From an uncultured Gammaproteobacteria bacterium (GTDB lineage: Bacteria > Patescibacteriota > Microgenomatia > Levybacterales > UBA12049), in contig CAZCCG010000003.1 in the NCBI GenBank assembly GCA_964497535.1, forward strand, positions 133,499-197,498: a stretch of DNA of 64,000 nucleotides. Direction: 5' to 3'. Shown here one piece after another: positions 34,507-42,893 of this stretch; position 1 is the first letter of the stretch; every line of letters begins with the position of its first letter. The notes under the pieces were generated by a model that worked only from the letters and a program-made list of their open reading frames with translations, was not told the DNA's origin and made no database searches. Position numbers and translations under genes: made by a program.

Positions 34507-35712
34507 ATGAAATTAGTTTATCGAGCTGTTACGCGCAACGGCAAAACGGTACGCGGAGTTATAGAGGGAAAAGAAGTAAAAGATGCCGTAGATTTTTTGC
34601 GTTCTCGGGAGTTGCTCCCTATTCAGGTTGCACCGCAAAAGCAAAATGATCTCTCAAAGTATCTCCCCTTTATTAATGCATTTTCCTCAACTGATCTTGT
34701 ATTTTTTACCCGGCAGCTAGCTTCCATGCTTTCTTCAGGGTTAACATTGATGCAAGCTCTTAGAATTTTAAAAGAACAAGTACAAAAAGATAGCGTACTT
34801 ACTGTTATTCAAGGAATTGTGACTGATGTTGAAGATGGAAAACCACTTTCTCAAGCCCTTACCAAATATCCCAAGGTTTTTTCCCCTATATATATCTCTC
34901 TGATTACCTCGGCTGAGGTATCAGGTTTGTTAGATAAAGTTCTGTTGCGTTTGGCTGATAACCTTGAAAAACAAGAACAACTAAAAAGTACAATCAAGTC
35001 TGCACTTATGTATCCAATGATAGTTATTATAGGCATGATTGTGGTAGTAGTAATCATGATGATTTTTGTTATTCCTCAGCTTTCTACTATGTATGAAGGT
35101 ATTGGTATTCCCCTTCCTCTACCTACGCTTATTATTATTGGACTTTCTAACTTTGTTATTTACTTCTGGCCGCTGATTATACTTGGGGCTTTTTTTAGTG
35201 TTATTGTATTTAAAAAATGGCGCAGTAATCCATCAGGTAGATTAATAACTGATGATCTTATTCTCAAAGTACCTATCTTTGGAAAACTTATCAAAGAAAG
35301 TATCCTTACTGAATTTTCTCGTACATTTGGGATTCTTATCGGAAGCGGAACTCTGGTAGTCGACTCGCTCAAACAATCCGCCGATGTGGCCGGGAATGTT
35401 ATTTATAAAAATGCTATCAATGAAACAGCAAAACGGGTAGAAAAAGGACTGAGTATTGGCGATGCATTGGCTTACTATCCTCTCTTTCCTCCGATATTGG
35501 TACAAACCGTTAAAATTGGAGAGCAAACAGGAAAAGTAGATGAATCATTATTGAAAGTGTCAGAATATTTTGAACGAGAAGTAGAACAGACCATAAAAAC
35601 GTTGACGACCGCCTTGGAACCTATAATTATGGTGGTTTTAGGTGTAGGAGTAGCCTTTTTGATTATCTCGGTAATTACCCCAATTTATAGCTTAACAAAT
35701 GCTATTCAATAG
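34507..35712 (+). CDS. pilC: type IV pilus platform protein PilC (GspF family)
   Basis: Two GspF repeats with 3 TM helices. Length is 401 aa. Confidence 0.9.
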   Translation: MKLVYRAVTRNGKTVRGVIEGKEVKDAVDFLRSRELLPIQVAPQKQNDLSKYLPFINAFSSTDLVFFTRQLASMLSSGLTLMQALRILKEQVQKDSVLTVIQGIVTDVEDGKPLSQALTKYPKVFSPIYISLITSAEVSGLLDKVLLRLADNLEKQEQLKSTIKSALMYPMIVIIGMIVVVVIMMIFVIPQLSTMYEGIGIPLPLPTLIIIGLSNFVIYFWPLIILGAFFSVIVFKKWRSNPSGRLITDDLILKVPIFGKLIKESILTEFSRTFGILIGSGTLVVDSLKQSADVAGNVIYKNAINETAKRVEKGLSIGDALAYYPLFPPILVQTVKIGEQTGKVDESLLKVSEYFEREVEQTIKTLTTALEPIIMVVLGVGVAFLIISVITPIYSLTNAIQ

Positions 35713-35754
35713 GGTTGACTTTAGTTGGTGTATTTCCTACACTAGAAATAGCCT

Positions 35755-36585
35755 ATGTCGCAAGAGACTATAAAGACGGATCAACGATCGCCTTTTCATT
35801 TTTTAACACACAGACTTTCCTCAAAACCCCAAAAAATTATTGAGAGTATTATTCTGGCATTACTTATTCTGGTTATCTATCTTTTCACTACGAATTCCGA
35901 TACTCGTGTATATGCCTTGCCATTTCTCCTATTTGGATTTTTATTTGTGGGAGGAGTTTACCTTTTTCAAATACGCTTCACCAAATCCCAACAAGTTATG
36001 GTTCAGACTCGAACATTCAAGATACTTATTTTTGCGTTTGTGGGGGCGATTCTTTTATGGGTAGGTAATACCGGTTGGTTTTTATCTCCATTTTTTTACC
36101 TCCTCTATCTGGTTGCAATTTCTTTAGGATTTCTTTTTAGCAACTCAGTGACGCTTTCTTTTGTTTTGGTTTTGATTGCTATTTTACTTCCTCAAATGGG
36201 AACAGTTAATACAAAAATTGATTTTATCTCTATTGTGTCACTTCTTCTTATCATTCCCCTCACTTATTTTTTGAGAAGGGAATATCTAGTTCGTGTAGAA
36301 AAAGATAAAAAAATCCTTATTTTGGAAAAAGGACACAAAGCAATTGAGACTAAAGTAGAAGAGATTCTCGCAAATAGAGTTACCAAGCTTGGAGCCGAGT
36401 TGCGTGAGCCGATTAACGATATTCGTCAATTGGCTCTCTATGCAAAAAAGAATAAGGAATATAACAGAAAAGAGTTTGAAGCAATTATTTCATCGAGTGA
36501 AAAAGCATTATCTCAACTAAAATCTTTTGAAGAAAATACAACAGGAAGAATATTGGTAAAAACACCCGCCAAGAAAACTAGCTAA
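35755..36585 (+). CDS. membrane protein with C-terminal HisKA-like helix but no ATPase domain
   Basis: 5-6 TM helices followed by LGAELREPINDIRQLALYA, which resembles the H-box SHELRTPL. No HATPase_c is present. Confidence 0.35.
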   Translation: MSQETIKTDQRSPFHFLTHRLSSKPQKIIESIILALLILVIYLFTTNSDTRVYALPFLLFGFLFVGGVYLFQIRFTKSQQVMVQTRTFKILIFAFVGAILLWVGNTGWFLSPFFYLLYLVAISLGFLFSNSVTLSFVLVLIAILLPQMGTVNTKIDFISIVSLLLIIPLTYFLRREYLVRVEKDKKILILEKGHKAIETKVEEILANRVTKLGAELREPINDIRQLALYAKKNKEYNRKEFEAIISSSEKALSQLKSFEENTTGRILVKTPAKKTS

Positions 36586-36949
36586 TATATTTTTTTACAT
36601 TTTCTACCAGTTGATCAGGCGTAATATCTGCTTTAATGATATACGATTTTGCTCCTAAAGAGATGGCTTCTTTTACAATTGGGTCCTGCGCCAAATTAGT
36701 CAATAAGAGAATAGTTGAAGGTGTAGTATCTGAGGGATTTTCGTGAAGTGCCTTGAGTACTCCCAGTCCATCTAGTTTGGGCATCATTACATCGAGTAAT
36801 ACCAAATCGAACTTGGTACTTTTCATTTTATCAAGTCCGTCCTGACCATCAACTGCAGTAGTGATTTCAAATCCTTCATCTTTGAGAACTTCTTCGTAGA
36901 GATCTCTTAAGTATGTGTCGTCATCGACTATCAGGATTTTGTGCGCCAT
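36578..36949 (-). CDS. single-domain response regulator (CheY-like receiver)
   Basis: ILIVDDD ... DLVLLDVMMPKLDG ... K with the conserved Asp pocket. No output domain. Confidence 0.85.
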   Translation of the reverse strand: MAHKILIVDDDTYLRDLYEEVLKDEGFEITTAVDGQDGLDKMKSTKFDLVLLDVMMPKLDGLGVLKALHENPSDTTPSTILLLTNLAQDPIVKEAISLGAKSYIIKADITPDQLVENVKKYIS

Positions 36950-37016
36950 ACCCTGAAATTACCATAGCCCTATTTAAAAGTCAAGCTTCGGAAATGACGA
37001 GTTTTATCTGATCTTA

Positions 37017-37445
37017 TTATTGGAGTAATGATTTTTTTAATTCTCGTAATGTGCTCGTCTGTGCCAGATACGCGTCATTTTTGAAATAGTATTTAGAATA
37101 GTTCCATACGGGTTCAAAAGGATGGGGATCATCTTGATATCGGGGAATGATATGGGCATGTAAATGAGCATTTTTGTTACAGAGGATTTCATAGTTGATA
37201 CGGGTTGGGCCAAAAGCATGAAATATCTGCTCCCCGACAAAAATCATCAGATTCAAAAATGAACTTGGATAAATTGCATTATGTAATTGCTCTACATGAA
37301 TCTTATATATCAGGATGGAATATCCTTTATAGAATTGATTATCTCCAAGTATCCACAATGAAGTTTCGAATTCATCAATAAAATGTGGATCTCTACTTTT
37401 GTTCTCCCTTTCGAGTTGTACTCTTTTACAAATATAACAATTCAT
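37017..37445 (-). CDS. HIT-family hydrolase
   Basis: Histidine triad HLHAHIIP is present. An N-terminal CYIC motif is also present. Confidence 0.7.
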   Translation of the reverse strand: MNCYICKRVQLERENKSRDPHFIDEFETSLWILGDNQFYKGYSILIYKIHVEQLHNAIYPSSFLNLMIFVGEQIFHAFGPTRINYEILCNKNAHLHAHIIPRYQDDPHPFEPVWNYSKYYFKNDAYLAQTSTLRELKKSLLQ

Positions 37446-37480
37446 AAGTAGTTCTACATATTCCTCCTTTCACCGGGCTG

Positions 37481-39631
37481 GTGGCAAAACTATTGTGGCA
37501 TGCACGCTCTATTGTTACCATGACAGGACTGTCAGATAATCTGACAAAGCCTGTGATACAATTTGCTCATATGCAGGCTACAGCCTCAAAATTCCCTGCT
37601 CTTTTTCGGAAATACCGTCTAAAAGCGGAGTTCTCTACTCTATCCCAACTCGGACTCGCCCTCGCAGAAAAAGGATTAATCTACGAAGATAGTATTTTCT
37701 CTCATTGGCAAAAAGGAGACAGAATTCCAAATAGAACCACAATTCTCAAACTCATTGAGATTTTCATCGAGCGGAGAGCTATTACAACTCTTAACCAAGT
37801 AAACGAATTTTTAGTTTCTGTAGGGTACGGTTATATCTCTGAAGAAGAATTGAGAAGGATTCCAATAAAATTAGGAAATCCAATTTTTCAAGTTCCAACT
37901 GAAATTGAAAATTTTACAGGTAGAGAAAATATTATTAAAGAAGTTGTTAATAGAAAGGATATTTTCGGAAAGACTATTTTAATCCATGGGTCGGCAGGTA
38001 TAGGAAAAACTGCATTGGCAATAAAATTAGGTCATTTGCTCAAAAATAAATTTACTGACGGAATCCTATGGTACAAGATTGAGGAAGATAATATATCTGA
38101 TATTCTTTTTTCTATTGCTCACATTTTCGGTGAGGATTTTTCAGAAATTAAGAATAAACAAACAAGGGCTACTATAGTTCGATCACTTCTTGCCACTAAA
38201 AATGTGTTAATTATTCTTGACAGTGCGGAATTAAATGATGAAATCTATTTGCTTATTCCTAACTCGCAGTTTTGTACTACGATTATTACTTCACAGAAAA
38301 ATCATTTTAAAGTATCAATTAATTTTGTTGATATTTCTCTTAAACCATTTACTGATACAGAAGTCATATCACTTTTTCAAGAAGTATTAAAAAAAAAGTT
38401 TTCAAAAACTAATTCATCGATAATTTTAGAATCTGCTAATCAGTTTGGTAATCTGCCTCTAGCTATTCATATTTTTGCACGACAAATACGACACTCTAAT
38501 ATCAGTGCCTCAGAAATCCCTGAGCTATTAAATACTGAAGAAAATATTTTTCAAGACCTAAATTATGAAAACAAAAATCTTCATGTAGCGATTGATATGA
38601 GCTATAAAAAACTCGATATCAAAATGAAATCCGTCCTAGTTTCTGCATCTATTTTTAAAGGAAAAGATTTTTCTATTGATTCAATAGGCTATATTAATGG
38701 GCTTTCAATTGTAGTTTCAAGAAAAATTCTCCAAAGTTTAGTGGATCTTTCACTTATCGAACCTTCTGCTCATGATAGATATAGAATACATCCTGAAATC
38801 AGAGAATTTGTACGAGGTAAACTTGACTATCCTAGATCTTCATATTTAACATTAATTGCTATATTTATCTTTCTCATCTTTGCATGTTGGTGGATATTTT
38901 TACAAATCTTTTATAATAATCGAGAAGCATTACTATTCTTTTCTTGTACTTACGGAATTATTGCATTGTTTGGTGGGATTTGTGGGATGGATGTTTCAAA
39001 AAAATGGGGTGGGATTAAAACTCTTATGGGAAGTGCAACTTTAATGTTCGCTTCAGGCTTATGTTTACAAGCAGTTGGTCAAGCTTCATACACGTACTAT
39101 TTAATAATTGCTCCTTACCAAACTCCATACCCTTCTTTTGGGGATATTGCATATTTCGGTACTATCCCCTTCTATATCTACGGAATTATGCTTTTGGCTA
39201 AATCATCAGGGATTAAATTAAGTATCCAATCATTCAAAAAAAAACTGATAGCTATTATTATTCCAATTGTGATGTTAACAATTGCTTATTATCTTTTTCT
39301 TCAAGGTTATACTTTCAATCTTAATAATCCAGTTAAAATATTTTTGGATTTCGGTTATTCATTAGGAGAAGCGATATACATATCAATTGCTATAATTGTT
39401 TTTATTTTCTCAAGAACTATACTAGATGGAATTATGAAATCAAAAGCATTATGGTTATTGATAGCGTTAGTTGTACAATTTTTAGGTGATTATATTTTCT
39501 TATTAGATGTTAAATTAAAAACTTATTATCCTGGGAATTATGATGATTTTATATTATTACTTGCTTACTTTACTATGACAATTGCACTTCTGAATCTAAA
39601 ATCTATCCAGGTTAAAATAAAAAACTATTAA
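37481..39631 (+). CDS. HTH(XRE-like)-NB-ARC STAND NTPase fused to a C-terminal polytopic membrane domain
   Basis: XRE-like LSQLGLALAEKG ... WQKGDRIP. Walker A GSAGIGKT, Walker B VLIILDS, TTIITSQ and GNLPLAI (GxP) motifs. About 8 TM helices from residue ~470. Confidence 0.7.
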   Translation: MAKLLWHARSIVTMTGLSDNLTKPVIQFAHMQATASKFPALFRKYRLKAEFSTLSQLGLALAEKGLIYEDSIFSHWQKGDRIPNRTTILKLIEIFIERRAITTLNQVNEFLVSVGYGYISEEELRRIPIKLGNPIFQVPTEIENFTGRENIIKEVVNRKDIFGKTILIHGSAGIGKTALAIKLGHLLKNKFTDGILWYKIEEDNISDILFSIAHIFGEDFSEIKNKQTRATIVRSLLATKNVLIILDSAELNDEIYLLIPNSQFCTTIITSQKNHFKVSINFVDISLKPFTDTEVISLFQEVLKKKFSKTNSSIILESANQFGNLPLAIHIFARQIRHSNISASEIPELLNTEENIFQDLNYENKNLHVAIDMSYKKLDIKMKSVLVSASIFKGKDFSIDSIGYINGLSIVVSRKILQSLVDLSLIEPSAHDRYRIHPEIREFVRGKLDYPRSSYLTLIAIFIFLIFACWWIFLQIFYNNREALLFFSCTYGIIALFGGICGMDVSKKWGGIKTLMGSATLMFASGLCLQAVGQASYTYYLIIAPYQTPYPSFGDIAYFGTIPFYIYGIMLLAKSSGIKLSIQSFKKKLIAIIIPIVMLTIAYYLFLQGYTFNLNNPVKIFLDFGYSLGEAIYISIAIIVFIFSRTILDGIMKSKALWLLIALVVQFLGDYIFLLDVKLKTYYPGNYDDFILLLAYFTMTIALLNLKSIQVKIKNY

Positions 39632-39768
39632 TGATGTTTGCGTAGGACTTTCCTAATAAAGAATTTATTCAATTATGAAAATAATCATCTCTTTTCAAAT
39701 TAACTGTAGTATAATTCATCATAGGGAGATAATGAATTATATTACTGAAATGGAGACAAACGGTTTAT

Positions 39769-40905
39769 ATGACTTATAAGTTTTTTGACAGGCAAACATT
39801 ATCGAATATTCCTACTCCTACCCCCTTTTTTGTTTTCAGCCGTGATGCTTTAATCAATAATCTAAAAGAGTATCAATCTTATCTTCCTTCAAATACGGAA
39901 GTTTGCTATTCAATGAAAGCAAATTCTGAAAAACAAGTCATAGAAACACTTAACGATGTTGGTGCTAGTTTTGAAGTAGCTTCTAAATACGAATTAGCCT
40001 TACTAGAATTACTTGAGGTTCCAGCAGATCGAATAATTTATGGTTCTTCTGTAAAATCTGCTGATCAGATTCTTGCTTTTGTAAAATATGGCGTGAGTCG
40101 TTTCGCTTGTGATTCCGAACCTGAATTATTGAAACTTGCGAAATATGCTCCAGGGGCCCAAATATATATTAGGGCGCTTGTTGATGATAAAGCTAATAGT
40201 GTTTTTCACATGTCTGAGAAATTTGGTGTATATCTTAAGGAAGTTATTAAACTACTAATTAAAACAAGAGAATTAGGTTTAATTCCTTACGGAATAAGTT
40301 TTAATGTGGGTTCTCAAGCGAGAAATGAATATGCATGGGCGCGAGGGATAACTGATATTTCATATGCTATGTCTGAGTTACTCAAGAATAATATAAAAAT
40401 ACAAGTAATCAATATGGGTGGAGGTTTTCCTCATCAATATGAGGATTATGACAATATACCAAAAATACAGCAAATTGCAGAGCATATTAAAAATGCAACA
40501 GAAAAGTTACCTTATCCTGTATCATATATCGTAGAGCCTGGGCGAGGACTTGTTGCAAATACATATGTCTTAATAGTTAGTGTTACAGAAAAAATAAAAA
40601 GACATAATGGGTACTGGCTCCATCTGGATGCAGGAGTATACAATGCTCTTTTAGAGGCAATGGCTTATCAAGGCAGTATCAGATATTATATTGAAGCATT
40701 ACAACAATATCGGTCAGATCAAAAAGAACAATTTATTTTAACTGGGCCTGCTTGTGATGATTTAGACGTAATTGATGAAGATGCATTATTGCCAGCAGAT
40801 ATAAAAGTTGGTGACAAATTAGTTATTTACGATACTGGTGCCTATAGTTTTACTCTTATAACACCATTTAATGGTTACCCAAAACCGGGAACAGTCGTGA
40901 TATAA
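39769..40905 (+). CDS. eukaryotic-type ornithine/basic-amino-acid decarboxylase (fold-type III PLP enzyme)
   Basis: PLP-lysine motif CYSMKAN plus GGGFP, EPGR and GPACDDLD substrate-loop motifs. It is co-linear with ODC over the whole length. Confidence 0.85.
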   Translation: MTYKFFDRQTLSNIPTPTPFFVFSRDALINNLKEYQSYLPSNTEVCYSMKANSEKQVIETLNDVGASFEVASKYELALLELLEVPADRIIYGSSVKSADQILAFVKYGVSRFACDSEPELLKLAKYAPGAQIYIRALVDDKANSVFHMSEKFGVYLKEVIKLLIKTRELGLIPYGISFNVGSQARNEYAWARGITDISYAMSELLKNNIKIQVINMGGGFPHQYEDYDNIPKIQQIAEHIKNATEKLPYPVSYIVEPGRGLVANTYVLIVSVTEKIKRHNGYWLHLDAGVYNALLEAMAYQGSIRYYIEALQQYRSDQKEQFILTGPACDDLDVIDEDALLPADIKVGDKLVIYDTGAYSFTLITPFNGYPKPGTVVI

Positions 40906-41626
40906 AATTATTTTTTTGTTCTTTCGTAACAATTGGTGCCAAAATAGTTTTTTCTTGCCAATATTCACAATTTTGTGGAGGGTTAACTTCACAAATTTCA
41001 TATTCAATTTTATCTTTCTTAAATCCTGCATCTTTCAATTTACGTAAGTGCTTATCAGAAAATGTAGTAGCTTCATCAGAATAGTATGTAAGTATTCCTC
41101 CAGGTTTTAAAATCCTATATGCTTCTTTAAAGAACCAGAAATGATTTGAATGAATTTCTTCTTCAGTTAGAGGATAAGTATCAAAAAGGATACCATCAAA
41201 TGTTTCGTCTAAAAGTAAAGGGGTTACATTTTGCCAAAAACCGCTTAATATATGTATACGATTTTCACCGATGGCTTGATGAAAATCTTGAACACATTTT
41301 GCGATTACATCAGGGTGACACTCAATAATATAATGATTAGTAATATTATGTGATTGAATAGCTTTTGCAGACAAACCAAGTCCATAACCAAGCTCTAAAA
41401 CGCAGCCTCCATTTGAAGACGCAATTTGAGCTAGCTTATTCATATAGCTTAATTCCCAATCTTCCATAACCGGATGTCCTGCAATCCGGAGAGTATGTTC
41501 GCTAAAAATAGCTGGGTTTTTTGCCCAATCTTCCTTCTGTTTTGGAAAACCAATATTTTTTCTTGATTTAATTGTATCCATCCTAATTATCTTACTACTG
41601 TACATTGTTAGAATAAATCTTGTCAA
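40868..41626 (-). CDS. guanidinoacetate N-methyltransferase (GAMT/RMT2)-like SAM methyltransferase
   Basis: HTLRIAGHPVMEDWELSYM ... GGCVLELGYG ... HYIIECH ... FDGILFDTYPLTEE ... LKPGGILTYY ... NPPQNCEYW. Near-colinear with GAMT. Confidence 0.75.
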   Translation of the reverse strand: MTRFILTMYSSKIIRMDTIKSRKNIGFPKQKEDWAKNPAIFSEHTLRIAGHPVMEDWELSYMNKLAQIASSNGGCVLELGYGLGLSAKAIQSHNITNHYIIECHPDVIAKCVQDFHQAIGENRIHILSGFWQNVTPLLLDETFDGILFDTYPLTEEEIHSNHFWFFKEAYRILKPGGILTYYSDEATTFSDKHLRKLKDAGFKKDKIEYEICEVNPPQNCEYWQEKTILAPIVTKEQKNNFISRLFPVLGNH

Positions 41627-41699
41627 TAAAGATTATTCTTACTAAAGAAGTTTTAGGTTTGACAAGTAATTCTAGATGAGATATTCTTAACTAAATTTA

Positions 41700-42059
41700 A
41701 TGAACATATTCAATTGGATTATCATTTTATTGTTGAGTTTATTGGCAGGTTTTGCGGATTCAAAAGGATTCTATTTTGCTTCACAAATATGGCCAGGAGG
41801 CAGCTTAGATTTAATAGCTCTTCTTAAATCAGGAGGCGCATTTGTAGTAGGATTGATTTTCTATTGGGGAACAATTTTTTTCATGAATAAAGTTGGTTTA
41901 AATTCTGCGTCTTTTCAGACCGCTATCTGGTTTATTGCTGTTATAATTGGAGTTTCTATAGCAACAGGTGATTTTATGAAATGGCAATCTCTGGATAAAA
42001 TAGTTGCAGTTGTTACTGTAATATGTTTCCTTTTTCTACTTGTTCGTAATGGAAATTAA
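41700..42059 (+). CDS. small 4-TM membrane protein (SMR-sized), function unknown
   Basis: 119 aa with four hydrophobic helices. Confidence 0.35.
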   Translation: MNIFNWIIILLLSLLAGFADSKGFYFASQIWPGGSLDLIALLKSGGAFVVGLIFYWGTIFFMNKVGLNSASFQTAIWFIAVIIGVSIATGDFMKWQSLDKIVAVVTVICFLFLLVRNGN

Positions 42060-42070
42060 CTTTTATTACA

Positions 42071-42853
42071 ATGGGAGATATTAAAATAGAAGAAAATTTT
42101 GAGAAGTTTTCACCTCGAGAATATTTAGAAGAATATTACTCTCATATTGGATCTGAGAATGATAGTCTTCTGCGTTTCTTTAAAGATGTCTATGAGATTA
42201 TTCCTTCAGAGGTTATGATACTTGAGTTCGGTGGAGGTCCAACAGTTTATCAATTGATTACTGGTGCTACTAAAGCAAAATTTATTTATTTTTCAGACTA
42301 TTTAGAATTAAATTTGAACGAAGTCAAAAAATGGAAAAATAATAATAATGATGCGTTCGACTGGAGTGACTATATCAAAAGAGCTTTGGAAATAGAAGGG
42401 GTACCTTATGTTGCTAAAAGGCAGATTGATGAAAGAGCTGAGTTACTTCGTCAGAAAATCACTCATTTTATTCATTGTGATGCCTTCCAAAATGATCCAC
42501 TTGGGAAACAATATAGAGATTTTTTTGACGTAGTAAGTGTAAATTTTGTTCCCGAATCTATATCAAAAAACAAACAACAATGGCAACAAGCTATGATAAA
42601 TATTTGTAGTTTAGTTAAACCAGGAGGAGTTTTTATAATGACTGCCTTAAAGGGAGCTAATTATTGGCATAATGGAAATAAAAAATTTGCTGCAGCATAT
42701 ATTGATGAAAATGACGTTGAGGATGTTCTAAAAGATAATGGATTTAAACAAGAAACAATTAAAATAAGTGTAAGTCCTGCAGAAACACTTAACGAGGATG
42801 GAAAAGGAGCACAAGGTTTTCAAGGAATTATTTTTGTTTTTGCACAAAAATAA
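42071..42853 (+). CDS. NNMT/PNMT/TEMT-family SAM-dependent N-methyltransferase
   Basis: FSPREYLEEYY, GGGPTVYQL, DYLELNLNEVKKW ... AFDWSDY and C-terminal GFQGIIFVFAQK mirror the PF01234 family conserved blocks. Confidence 0.8.
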   Translation: MGDIKIEENFEKFSPREYLEEYYSHIGSENDSLLRFFKDVYEIIPSEVMILEFGGGPTVYQLITGATKAKFIYFSDYLELNLNEVKKWKNNNNDAFDWSDYIKRALEIEGVPYVAKRQIDERAELLRQKITHFIHCDAFQNDPLGKQYRDFFDVVSVNFVPESISKNKQQWQQAMINICSLVKPGGVFIMTALKGANYWHNGNKKFAAAYIDENDVEDVLKDNGFKQETIKISVSPAETLNEDGKGAQGFQGIIFVFAQK

Positions 42854-42893
42854 TTCTTCCTTGTTAAATTTAAGTCTTTTTATAATTTAACAC

